Assembly (NCBI GenBank): GCA_029879725.1
Contig: JAOUPR010000001.1
Location: 3,324 to 67,323, forward strand
DNA length: 64,000 nt
From: Gemmatimonadota bacterium
Lineage (GTDB): Bacteria; Gemmatimonadota; Gemmatimonadetes; Longimicrobiales; Gaopeijiaceae
Direction of reading: 5' to 3'
The notes under the pieces are model-generated. The model was not told where the DNA came from. It made no database searches and was given only the letters and a program-made list of their open reading frames with translations. Shown one piece after another: positions 45,230 through 54,608 of this stretch; the stretch's first letter is position 1; each line of letters begins with the position of its first letter. A program made the translations under genes and the position numbers.

Positions 45230-46133
45230 CGCCATCGAACTGAAGAACCTCTGCTGGAAGGCGGGAAAGTCGTTCGCCCTGCAGGACGTATCCCTGGTCG
45301 TTCCCTCCGGCTGCATCTACGGGTTCCTGGGTCCCAATGGATCCGGGAAGACCACCACCATCCGCATGTTCATGGGGATGATGAAGCCCGACAGCGGGAG
45401 CATCCGCGTGCTCGACCGCTCGGTACCGGAGGGAATGACGGAGATCCTGGCCCGCGTGGGATACGTGCCGGAACGCCCCCACGTCTATCCGGCCCTCACC
45501 GTGTCCGAGCAGATCCGCTGGCATCGGTCCTTCTTCTCCCGTTGGGACGACGCCTGGGCGGCGGAGTTGATGGGCCGTCTGCACGTGGACCCCGACATGA
45601 AGATCTCCCGCCTCTCCAAGGGGCAGACCGGCAAGCTCCTCATCCTGCTCGCGCTGGCTCAACGCCCCGAGCTCCTGGTTCTCGACGAGCCCACCGACGG
45701 CCTGGACCCGGTGGTGCGGCGGGACGTTCTCACCGCCACCCTGGACTACGTGTCGGAGACCGGGGCGACCGTGTTCATCTCCAGCCATCTGGTCCACGAG
45801 CTCGAGCGCATCTGCGACTGGGTGGGCGTCATGGACCACGGGCACCTGGTGGCGCAACTCCCCATGAACGACTTCAAGAACGGGATCAAGCGGCTCCGGG
45901 TCACGGGCGCCCCGGCCGAGACCGCCGACGCTCCCTTCCACCTCCTCAGCCGCGCCCGTGACAACGGGACAGGGTCCACGGAGACGTGGATCGTCCGCGA
46001 CTGGGAGGACACCATGCGATCCTATTTCGCCGGCGTGGGCGCCGAGCTTCGCGACGTCGTCGACCTGGACCTGGAGGACGGGTTCGTCGAGCTCCTCCGG
46101 TCCTCGAGACCGGCTTCGGCCAGGGAGGAGTGA
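45222..46133 (+). CDS. ABC transporter ATP-binding protein
   Basis: Walker A GPNGSGKTT, ABC signature LSKGQTGKL, Walker B LLVLDEPTDGLD, H-loop; start overlaps GntR gene by 8 nt. Confidence 0.9.
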   Translation: MSNAIELKNLCWKAGKSFALQDVSLVVPSGCIYGFLGPNGSGKTTTIRMFMGMMKPDSGSIRVLDRSVPEGMTEILARVGYVPERPHVYPALTVSEQIRWHRSFFSRWDDAWAAELMGRLHVDPDMKISRLSKGQTGKLLILLALAQRPELLVLDEPTDGLDPVVRRDVLTATLDYVSETGATVFISSHLVHELERICDWVGVMDHGHLVAQLPMNDFKNGIKRLRVTGAPAETADAPFHLLSRARDNGTGSTETWIVRDWEDTMRSYFAGVGAELRDVVDLDLEDGFVELLRSSRPASAREE

Positions 46134-46136
46134 ACC

Positions 46137-46826
46137 ATGTTCCGATCCGTTCTGTACGTGCACTGGAAGCAGGTCCACCTGGGACTCATCCCCTTGATGG
46201 TTGCGGCATTCTCTCTTCCGCTCCTGTCCGTGCAGGGGTTGGGAGGGAACGGTGGAGTGACTTCGTTCAACGACACGTCCCTGGCCATCATCCAGGGTCT
46301 GCAGGTGTGGCTCCCCTTCTTCTCGGCCCTGGCGGCCGCGTCGGGCGTGGTGATCGCCCTCAGTTCCTGGAACTGGGACCACCAACTGAACCACGTCTAC
46401 GCGCTCAGCCTTCCCGTTCCGCGCTGGCGGTACGCGCTGATGAAGATGGGAGCGGGCGCCGTGCTGACCCTCTTCCCCGCGGTGGCGCTCTGGGTCGGCG
46501 CCCACCTCGCCGCGGCGTCCATCGTCCTTCCCGAAGGCCTCCACGCGTATCCGAACGCGCTGGCCATCCGCTTCCTCGCCACCATCCTCCTGACGTACGC
46601 CATCCTCTTCGCCATGGCGGCGGGGACCGTGCGCACGACGATGTGGGTGACGGGAACCGGCATCCTCACCCTGTTCATCCTGGGACTCATCGGGAACGAT
46701 CTCCTCGCGGGCCAGTTCGAGGTCTTGCGTGGCACCCACATCCTGGAGTGGGCCTTGGCGAAGCTCGACTGGGTTCCCGGACCTCTGGAGATCTTCCTGG
46801 GGAACTGGAGGCTCATCGATGTCTAG
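46137..46826 (+). CDS. ABC-2-type membrane permease-like protein (6 TM)
   Basis: 229-aa hydrophobic ORF 4 nt after the ATPase stop; typical YtrA-operon partner. Confidence 0.6.
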   Translation: MFRSVLYVHWKQVHLGLIPLMVAAFSLPLLSVQGLGGNGGVTSFNDTSLAIIQGLQVWLPFFSALAAASGVVIALSSWNWDHQLNHVYALSLPVPRWRYALMKMGAGAVLTLFPAVALWVGAHLAAASIVLPEGLHAYPNALAIRFLATILLTYAILFAMAAGTVRTTMWVTGTGILTLFILGLIGNDLLAGQFEVLRGTHILEWALAKLDWVPGPLEIFLGNWRLIDV

Positions 46827-47961
46827 GCTCGTGTGTGCCCTCTTGGCCGGGGCGATTCTCCTCGCCGCGCCCGGGGCCGGCGCCGGGCAGTCCCCGGGCG
46901 TGCCCGACCGGGACTCGTTGATCCGTAGGCTGGATTCCCTCACGGTGACGCTGGCCGCCGCCCGGGAGGCGGCCGACCAGGCACGTGCGCGGCGGCTCCG
47001 GGAAGAAGCCGAGGCCCGCCACGCCGTCACGGACACCGTGTTCGTGGGACCATTGCGGATCATCACGCCATCCGGGCAGGGAGAAACGGCAAGGGAGATC
47101 TTCGAGGAGGCGTGGCGGGACTACGACGCCCTGATCGCGGAGAGTCCCGCCCTGGACTCCACCTGGTTCGTGTTCCAGTGGCCCGCGGCATCCGACCCCG
47201 TCTTCGTCCCGGCCGGCGAGAAGGTGCGTGACCTTTCGTACCGGATCGTGACCACGCCCGGAAGGGTCAAGGAGACCGTGCGCACCAACATCGGCGCGGT
47301 ACTGGCCACCGACCTGGCGGGCACCACCCTGGCGGAGTGGTTCAACCAGCCGGTGGTCCTTCCGCGGAAGCTCGACATGGTCTACCGCACCCTGGCCACA
47401 TCGGCGACGTCTTCGGTGCGGTCGTGCGCGGCGGGTACTCTGGTCGCGTGCCGGTCGATCCTCGGACTCGGGCTGGACGACGACCCCTCCGACGAGTGGT
47501 ACACGGCGGAAGAGCGTCAGGAGTTCGTGACGGACTACGTGGAGAGGATGTCGGAAGCCGGGCGGATCCAGGCGGTGGAGCCGGACGTCCTCTCCTGCGC
47601 CACCGGGGGCGACACCGATGCGTGTGATCGCGTCGTCCACGGGTGGACGGGACCGCGAATCCGTCCGCCCCTGCGCCGTGCCGCCGACAGCCGCAACCTC
47701 CTCTTGTGGATCGCGCTGGAGCGCGGTGGACGCGAGGCGTGGGCGCGCCTCCGCGCGTCGGCCGGGATGACGCCCGAGGAGGCACTCGCTTTCGCCTCCG
47801 GCGCCGAGGACCGGGCGCTGCTCTCCGAGTGGCACGCACGCATCACCGCCGCGCGCCCCGACGCGCAGGCCGGACTCCCCCGGTCTTTGGCCGTGGTCTT
47901 GGGGTGGGCCCTGGCGATGGTCTTCTTCACAGCGAGGAGCACGAGATGGCGACTGGGATGA
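46819..47961 (+). CDS. Hypothetical exported protein with N-terminal signal peptide and C-terminal TM anchor
   Basis: ORF 46729..47961 trimmed to MSRLVCALLAGAILLAAPGAGAGQS at 46819 (overlaps permease stop); C-terminal LAVVLGWALAMVFF. Confidence 0.5.
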   Translation: MSRLVCALLAGAILLAAPGAGAGQSPGVPDRDSLIRRLDSLTVTLAAAREAADQARARRLREEAEARHAVTDTVFVGPLRIITPSGQGETAREIFEEAWRDYDALIAESPALDSTWFVFQWPAASDPVFVPAGEKVRDLSYRIVTTPGRVKETVRTNIGAVLATDLAGTTLAEWFNQPVVLPRKLDMVYRTLATSATSSVRSCAAGTLVACRSILGLGLDDDPSDEWYTAEERQEFVTDYVERMSEAGRIQAVEPDVLSCATGGDTDACDRVVHGWTGPRIRPPLRRAADSRNLLLWIALERGGREAWARLRASAGMTPEEALAFASGAEDRALLSEWHARITAARPDAQAGLPRSLAVVLGWALAMVFFTARSTRWRLG

Positions 47962-49139
47962 AGTGGTGGCTCGGCGTCACCCTCACGGGGATGGCGCTCA
48001 CCGGGTATGCGCTCCTCCCGCCGGACGGGCCGGCGCCTCCGCGACCGGACCGGACCACCCCGGAAGAGGCCGAGGCGTCCCGCATCCTGCGCGAGACGCA
48101 GGAGATCAGCGCCGTGCTGCAACGCCTCCGCTGGATGGACTCCATCCCGTCCATGGTGGTCGAGCGGAGCGCGCACCCCGGCGGCTTCTTCGTGACCGCC
48201 CCGGAATGGGCGGAACCAGAAGACGTCGAAACCATCCGGAACGAGGTCGCGGAAGAGATGGCTCGCCTCCCCCGACTCGATCCGTCCATGACGGTGGCTC
48301 TCGTGGTCCAGGACCGGGCACACGGGACGGCGCCGGGAATGGTGCCGACGCCCGGTTCCCGGGTCGAAGTCTACGCAGGGTTCCTCCACGACCGGGCGTA
48401 TTGCGTGGTGCTCGCGCTCGTGACGCGAGGCCCCCCGTCCAGCAGCATCCTCCCGAGGTGGACGCGTGGCAACATCGAACGGAACGGCGGACGCGTCGGG
48501 ATGCTGGACGCATGCCGCGTCTACGCTGCCTTCGGCCCTCCCGGAGAACACGTGGACACCTGGCTCCGAACGGGGGGCGTGGCCTACGCGACCCTTCCCT
48601 CCGACCACTCCGACCGCGGGCCGGACGCTTTCGGGGTCAGGACCTTCAACCAGGGCATCATGGGGATCCGCTTCGGGTGGGCGAATACCATCACGCCGGA
48701 CGGGGTGCGCTGCGCCGCCGGTGACGTGGACGGGTGCCGGGACGTGTTCCTCCGTCCGTCGAGAACGGACCAGGCCGCCCCGCTTCCGTGGACCCGCCGT
48801 GTCGCACCCCGTGTCTCCGCGCTGAAAGCCCTGAACGGAGGCACCCGAACCACCCTGGGAAGCGCGAGCCGATTCCTCCTCGCCGACCTCCAGGACGAGT
48901 TCGGACCCGACCGCTTCCGGCGCTTCTGGACCTCCGACCTCCCGGTGGAGGAAGCCTTCGCCGAGGCATTCGGCCTCGAAGTGGGGCGATGGACGGCCTC
49001 CTGGGTCCGCGAGAACGCGGGCCAGATCCGGGCCACGCCGCGCCTCCCCCTGCGTGCCACGGCGAGCCTCTTTCTCGTGCTCGCGCTCACCGGCGCCGTG
49101 GCGAGCACGTTCGCGGAGCGGCGGAGCGTCTCGGGATAG
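47946..49139 (+). CDS. Hypothetical exported protein with N-terminal signal/anchor and C-terminal TM helix
   Basis: ORF 47643..49139 trimmed to MATGMKWWLGVTLTGMALTGYALL at 47946 (16-nt overlap with upstream gene); C-terminal LFLVLALTGAVAS. Confidence 0.5.
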   Translation: MATGMKWWLGVTLTGMALTGYALLPPDGPAPPRPDRTTPEEAEASRILRETQEISAVLQRLRWMDSIPSMVVERSAHPGGFFVTAPEWAEPEDVETIRNEVAEEMARLPRLDPSMTVALVVQDRAHGTAPGMVPTPGSRVEVYAGFLHDRAYCVVLALVTRGPPSSSILPRWTRGNIERNGGRVGMLDACRVYAAFGPPGEHVDTWLRTGGVAYATLPSDHSDRGPDAFGVRTFNQGIMGIRFGWANTITPDGVRCAAGDVDGCRDVFLRPSRTDQAAPLPWTRRVAPRVSALKALNGGTRTTLGSASRFLLADLQDEFGPDRFRRFWTSDLPVEEAFAEAFGLEVGRWTASWVRENAGQIRATPRLPLRATASLFLVLALTGAVASTFAERRSVSG

Positions 49140-49225
49140 TCGCACCACGGTCCCGGTGAAGTCTGGAGGGGCCGCGCCGGGTCGTGGGGCCCCGGCGCTC
49201 TTCGGAGTGCCGGGGCCGCTCTCCT

Positions 49226-50458
49226 TCAGGCCACGACCATCCGCACGACCCCCGCCCCCGCCCCGAGGGCGACGATCCAGAGCGCGGGGATCTTCCGGGC
49301 GGTGAGGAGCCAGAGCGCCACCAGGGCCAGCACACCCGTGGGGACGTCCCGCACCCCCGCCGTGACCAGCGACACCCCCACCCCCACGACCGCGCCCGCC
49401 ACCACGGCCACCACGCCCTTCAGCGCACGGCGCACGGCCTCCACGCGGCGGAGGCGCTCCATGCGCGGCGCCACCCAGAGGACCGAGACGAATGCGGGAA
49501 GATAGATCCCGACGGTCCCCAGGAGCGCTCCGGGAACCCCGCCGGCCGCGTACCCCACGAAGGCCGAAAGAGTGGAGATGGGCCCCGGAACCGCCTGGGT
49601 CAGCGCGACGCCGTCCAGGAACTGCCCCGCCGTGAGCCACCCGAACTCCCCCACGGCGTACGGTTCGAGGAGCGCCACCAGGACGTAGCCGCCGCCGAAC
49701 AGCACGCTCCCGATCCAGAGGTGCGTCCAGAACACCCCCGCCAGCGTCCCCATGGAGCCGCCGAGGATCGCCATGGGGGGAAGTAGCGCCCATGACGACA
49801 GACGCGTGCCCCCACCCCCGGACTCCGTTCGCTCGCTCGCGGGCCCCACCCCACCGGCCCGGTCGTCCCGGTCACCCACCTTCCGCCCGAGCCACCACGT
49901 CACGGCCCCTCCCGCCACCATGGCGACGATGACCGCCTGCCCCGAGAGCAGGCTCAGCACGGCGCCCGCCGCCGCGAGAACCGCCTGGATCGGCGTGGTC
50001 ACCCCGGCCTTCCCGATCTTCCACCCCGCCGCGAGGACGATGGCGACGATGACGGGCTGGAGTCCCCAGAAGAGGGTGGCCACCTGCGGGAGGGTGCCGA
50101 ACTCGAAATAGAGAGCGGACAGTACCGTCACCATGATCCAGGTCGGGACCAGGAAGGTCAGCCCGGCGGCCATCGCACCGATCCACCCGCGCTGGGTGTA
50201 CCCGATGTGGATCACCACCTCGCTGGAATTCGGACCCGGGAGGAGATTGGTGACGGCCACGAGTTCGAGAAAGCGCTCGCGGGTCAACCATCGCTTCCGC
50301 TCCACCACCTCGTCGAGCATGAGGGCGAGATGGGCGTTGGGGCCCCCGAACGCCGTGAGGGAGATCTTGAGAAAGGTACCGACCAGCTCCGCGAGCGAAG
50401 GGGCCCGCCCCCCCTCGTCGGGAAGACGGGCCCCTCCGTTCATCGCTTCATCCATCAC
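49226..50458 (-). CDS. chrA: Chromate transporter (ChrA, fused two-domain CHR family)
   Basis: 410 aa; CHR signature FLKISLTAFGGPNAHLALMLDEVVERKRWLTRERFLELVAVTNLLPGPNSS in the first half and a repeated homologous half. Confidence 0.85.
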   Translation of the reverse strand: MMDEAMNGGARLPDEGGRAPSLAELVGTFLKISLTAFGGPNAHLALMLDEVVERKRWLTRERFLELVAVTNLLPGPNSSEVVIHIGYTQRGWIGAMAAGLTFLVPTWIMVTVLSALYFEFGTLPQVATLFWGLQPVIVAIVLAAGWKIGKAGVTTPIQAVLAAAGAVLSLLSGQAVIVAMVAGGAVTWWLGRKVGDRDDRAGGVGPASERTESGGGGTRLSSWALLPPMAILGGSMGTLAGVFWTHLWIGSVLFGGGYVLVALLEPYAVGEFGWLTAGQFLDGVALTQAVPGPISTLSAFVGYAAGGVPGALLGTVGIYLPAFVSVLWVAPRMERLRRVEAVRRALKGVVAVVAGAVVGVGVSLVTAGVRDVPTGVLALVALWLLTARKIPALWIVALGAGAGVVRMVVA

Positions 50459-50464
50459 CGGACG

Positions 50465-52084
50465 TCAGCGCGGACCGGCCGCCCAGATCTCTTCGGCCAC
50501 CTGATCGGCGAACTGATTGAAGTTCTCCTTGAACATCTCAGCGAGTTGCCCGGCGGCGGCATCGTACGCCTCGCCGCTGGCCCAGGTATCGCGCGGGTGG
50601 AGGACCTCCGAGGGAACTCCCGGCACGGACGTGGGCACGTTCAGCCCGAACACCGCGTCGGTGAGGGTCTCCACGCGGTCCAGCTCGCCCGAGAGCGCCG
50701 CCCGCACCATGGCCCGCGTGTGGCTCAACTTCATTCGGGTCCCCACCCCATAGCCGCCTCCGGACCATCCCGTGTTCACCAGCCAGACCTTGGCTCCGTG
50801 TTCGCGGAGCTTCTCGCCGAGCATCTCGGCGTAGACCCCGGGATGCCGGGGAAGGAAGGGCGCTCCGAAGCACGCGCTGAAGGTCGCCTTGGGTTCCGTC
50901 ACGCCACGCTCGGTCCCCGCCACCTTGGCCGTGTACCCGGAAAGGAAGTGGTACATGGCCTGCTCGGGGGTGAGCCTCGAGATGGGAGGGAGCACGCCGA
51001 AGGCGTCGGCGGTGAGGAACACCACGTTCTTCGGATGTCCGCCCCGGCTGGGGAGCACCGCGTTGGGGATGTAGTGGATGGGATACGACGCCCGCGTGTT
51101 CTCGGTGACGGACCCGTCGTCGAAGTCGATCTCGCGGGTGTCCTCGTCGAGGACCACGTTCTCCAGGATCGTCCCGAACATCTGGGTCGCGCGATAGATC
51201 TCCGGCTCTCCCTCCGGCGAGAGGCGGATGGTCTTGGCGTAGCACCCCCCCTCGAAATTGAACACGCCCCGGTCGCTCCACCCGTGCTCGTCGTCGCCGA
51301 TGAGCCCGCGTTCGGCGTCGGCCGACAGCGTGGTCTTGCCCGTTCCCGAAAGACCGAAGAAGAGCGCCACGTCACCCGCCTCGCCGATGTTGGCGGAGCA
51401 GTGCATGGGAAAGACCGCCTGATCGGGAAGGCGGTGGTTCAACACCGAGAAGATGGACTTCTTGATCTCCCCGGCATACCGCGTACCGGCGACCACCACC
51501 TCTCGCGTGGCGAAACTGACCACGATGGCCGTGTCCGTCCGCGTCCCGTGCACGGCGGGGTCCGCCTTGAAGTGCGGGGCGTGGATCACGGTGAAGTCCG
51601 GCACCATGTCCCGCGACTCCTCGGCGGAAGGGCGCAGGAACATGTTGTACGCGAAAAGGGAGTACCAGGGACGCTCACTCACGACACGGACGTTGATCCC
51701 GTACTCGTCGTCGGCCCCGGCCCGGGCGTCGCGCACGAAGAGATCCTGTTCGTTCAGGTACTCCACCACGTCCGCGCGGAGCTTTTCGAAGTGTTCCGTC
51801 GAAATGGGGACGTTCACCTTCCCCCAGTTCACCGAGCCGTCCGACACGCCGTCCCGGACCACGTAACGATCATTGGGAGATCGCCCCGTGTGGGGAGCCG
51901 TGTTCGCCGCGATGGCGCCCATGTGGACCAGGCGGCCATCACCGCGAGCGAGGGACTCTTCGTAGAGACGGGCGGGAGAAAGATTCCAGTAGACGTTCTT
52001 CCGGGGATCCAGGCCGTGGTTCTCCAACCCGTACGATCCCTCACCGGACGCGGCCATGGGCTGCTCCGTGGTCTGGGTGGTCAT
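50465..52084 (-). CDS. pckA: Phosphoenolpyruvate carboxykinase (ATP)
   Basis: ORF 50465..52090 (TTG) trimmed to ATG 52084 (MTTQTTEQP; AGAGGA RBS); kinase-1a GLSGTGKTTLS, PCK-specific motifs YAGEIKKSIF, FNFEGGCYAK. Confidence 0.9.
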   Translation of the reverse strand: MTTQTTEQPMAASGEGSYGLENHGLDPRKNVYWNLSPARLYEESLARGDGRLVHMGAIAANTAPHTGRSPNDRYVVRDGVSDGSVNWGKVNVPISTEHFEKLRADVVEYLNEQDLFVRDARAGADDEYGINVRVVSERPWYSLFAYNMFLRPSAEESRDMVPDFTVIHAPHFKADPAVHGTRTDTAIVVSFATREVVVAGTRYAGEIKKSIFSVLNHRLPDQAVFPMHCSANIGEAGDVALFFGLSGTGKTTLSADAERGLIGDDEHGWSDRGVFNFEGGCYAKTIRLSPEGEPEIYRATQMFGTILENVVLDEDTREIDFDDGSVTENTRASYPIHYIPNAVLPSRGGHPKNVVFLTADAFGVLPPISRLTPEQAMYHFLSGYTAKVAGTERGVTEPKATFSACFGAPFLPRHPGVYAEMLGEKLREHGAKVWLVNTGWSGGGYGVGTRMKLSHTRAMVRAALSGELDRVETLTDAVFGLNVPTSVPGVPSEVLHPRDTWASGEAYDAAAGQLAEMFKENFNQFADQVAEEIWAAGPR

Positions 52085-52206
52085 GCGCAAATTCCTCTAT
52101 CATCGAAGCCGGCTCCGCCCTGGCCCAACCCCCCACCGTCTCCCGCGCGGACCCGCTGACTCGATCGGTCATGGTGGCCCGTCCACGCTCCTCGTGAACG
52201 GGAGTG

Positions 52207-54474
52207 CTAAATCTGCTCAGAACGCGCCTGCCAGTCCACCGACGCGATGGTGGTGAGGTTCAAGACGTCCTGGACGGAACAACCACGCTGGAGGATGTGC
52301 ACCGGCTTGGCCGTTCCGAGAAGCACCGGTCCGATGACGTCGGCTCCACCCAGGCGATCGAGAAGCTTGTACGCGGCATTCGCCGCCGAGAGCCGCGAGA
52401 ACACCAGGACGTTGGCCGGCTGGGTGAGGTGGCTGAACGGGTAGATGGCCTTGAGCTTGACCGCGTCCACCGCCGTGTCGGCTTGCATCTCCCCGTCGAT
52501 CTCCAGGTCCGGCTCCGCCGCCCGCACGATCTTCACCGCTTCGGCGAGCCGGCTGGACTCCTCGTGCGGCGCCGATCCGAAGTTCGAGAAGTTCACCATG
52601 GCGATGCGCGGCTCCATCCCCATCTCCCTCACGAATCCCGCGGTCTGCATGGCGATGTCCGCGAGGGTCTCCGCATCGGGCTCGATGTTCACCGTGGTGT
52701 CCGCGAAGAAGAGCAGGTCCCGATTGGGAAGGGCCAGCATGTACAACCCCGACACCCGCTTGACCCCCTCCGACACGCCGATGACCTCCAGGGTGGGTCG
52801 CAGGATCTCGCCGTAGTTGGCTTCGATTCCCGCCACCAACGCGTCGGCTTCACCCGCTTCCAGCATGGACGCGCCGAAGTAGATGGGCTTGTAGAGATTC
52901 CATCGCGCCCCGGCCATGGTGAGCCCCTTGCGCCCCCTCTTCCGGAAGAGCTCGTCGGCGTATGCATACCGTTGGTCCTCCAGCTCGGCGGCGTACACGA
53001 CCTCCACTCCGGAGAGGTCCACCCCGAGGGCCTTGGCCTTCTCCATGACGCGAGGAGGACGCCCGAGCAGAATGGGCCGGGCCACCCCCTCCTCCAGCAT
53101 CTGGGCGGCGGCGCGGATGATGGAGTCGTTGTGCCCCTCCGGGAACACGACCCGGGCGGGACGCCGACGTGCCCGGTTGGTCAGGCTGCGCATGACTTCG
53201 CGGCCCGGCCCCAGGCTCGCGCGGAGACGATCCCGATACTCGTCCAGGTCCACTTCCATGCGTGCCACGCCGGACTCCATGGCCGCCTGCGCCACGGCCG
53301 GCGCCACGTAGAAGAGGACGCGATCGTCGAAGGGCTTGGGGATGAGATAGTTCCGACCGAAGGCGAATTCGCTCCCGTCGTAGGCGCCACGAACGGTGTC
53401 GGGCACCTCTTCCCGGGCCAGGTCCGCCAGCGCGTTCGTGGCGGCGAGCATCATCTCCTCGTTGATCCCCGTGGCGCGCACGTCCAGCGCTCCCCGGAAG
53501 ATGAAGGGGAAGCCCAGGACGTTGTTCACCTGGTTGGGATAGTCGGAACGGCCCGTGGCCATGATGGCGTCGTCGCGAACCTCGGCCACCTCTTCGGGAA
53601 GAATCTCCGGGTCGGGGTTGGCCAGCGCGAAGATGATGGGATCCTTCGCCATGGAGGCGACCATGTCCTTGGTCATGATCCCCTTCACGGACAGCCCCAC
53701 GAACACGTCCGCGCCCACCAGCGCGTCTTCCAGCGTCCGCGCGTCCGTCTTCACGGCATAGGGCTCCTTGTACTCGTTCATCCCCTCGGTGCGCCCTTCA
53801 TGGATCACACCCTTGGAGTCGCAGATGAGGATGTTCTCCCTGGGGACGCCGAGGCGGCAGAAGTGGGCCGCGGTGGAGAGCGCCGACGCTCCGGCACCGC
53901 TGAACACGACCGTCACATCGTCGATCTTCTTGCCGATGATCTCCAGGGCGTTGATCAGCCCCGCCGCCGCGATGATGGCCGTGCCGTGCTGGTCGTCATG
54001 GAACACCGGGATGTCCATGGACTCCTTGAGGCGCCGCTCGATGACGAAGCACTCCGGAGCGCCGATGTCCTCCAGGTTGATTCCGCCCACGGTGGGCTCG
54101 AGCATCTCACAGAAGCGGATGACCTCCTCCGGGTCCTCCGAGTCCACCTCGATGTCGAAGACGTCGATTCCGGCGAACCGCTTGAACAGGACCCCCTTGC
54201 CCTCCATGACGGGCTTCGAGGCCAGAGGCCCGATGTTGCCCAGCCCGAGCACCGCCGTACCGTTGGAGACGACGGCGACCAGGTTCCCACGCGCCGTGTA
54301 CTTGAACACGTCCAGCGGATTCTTGTGGATCTCGAGGCAGGGCTCGGCGACTCCGGGAGAGTACGCCAGCGAGAGGTCCCGCTGCGTGGCCACGGATTTG
54401 GTGGGAACGACTTCGATCTTCCCCGGGCGACCCTGCATGTGGTACTCGAGGGCCTCTTTTCGGCGATCCGCCAT
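52207..54474 (-). CDS. maeB: NADP-dependent malic enzyme (malic enzyme domain fused to phosphotransacetylase-like domain)
   Basis: 755 aa; N-terminal malic-enzyme region ([23 protein letters not shown]), C-terminal PTA-like domain ([16 protein letters not shown]). Confidence 0.9.
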   Translation of the reverse strand: MADRRKEALEYHMQGRPGKIEVVPTKSVATQRDLSLAYSPGVAEPCLEIHKNPLDVFKYTARGNLVAVVSNGTAVLGLGNIGPLASKPVMEGKGVLFKRFAGIDVFDIEVDSEDPEEVIRFCEMLEPTVGGINLEDIGAPECFVIERRLKESMDIPVFHDDQHGTAIIAAAGLINALEIIGKKIDDVTVVFSGAGASALSTAAHFCRLGVPRENILICDSKGVIHEGRTEGMNEYKEPYAVKTDARTLEDALVGADVFVGLSVKGIMTKDMVASMAKDPIIFALANPDPEILPEEVAEVRDDAIMATGRSDYPNQVNNVLGFPFIFRGALDVRATGINEEMMLAATNALADLAREEVPDTVRGAYDGSEFAFGRNYLIPKPFDDRVLFYVAPAVAQAAMESGVARMEVDLDEYRDRLRASLGPGREVMRSLTNRARRRPARVVFPEGHNDSIIRAAAQMLEEGVARPILLGRPPRVMEKAKALGVDLSGVEVVYAAELEDQRYAYADELFRKRGRKGLTMAGARWNLYKPIYFGASMLEAGEADALVAGIEANYGEILRPTLEVIGVSEGVKRVSGLYMLALPNRDLLFFADTTVNIEPDAETLADIAMQTAGFVREMGMEPRIAMVNFSNFGSAPHEESSRLAEAVKIVRAAEPDLEIDGEMQADTAVDAVKLKAIYPFSHLTQPANVLVFSRLSAANAAYKLLDRLGGADVIGPVLLGTAKPVHILQRGCSVQDVLNLTTIASVDWQARSEQI

Positions 54475-54608
54475 GATCTATGCTCGGCTGATGAGTTGTC
54501 TGTGGGAGTCTGAATCGTAGAGACGTCCCGAAGGAGGTGTCAAACCCGCACTGGGTAAATCGCCCCGATGCGGGCTACATTCATCCGCTATATCACGATG
54601 ACGCCACC

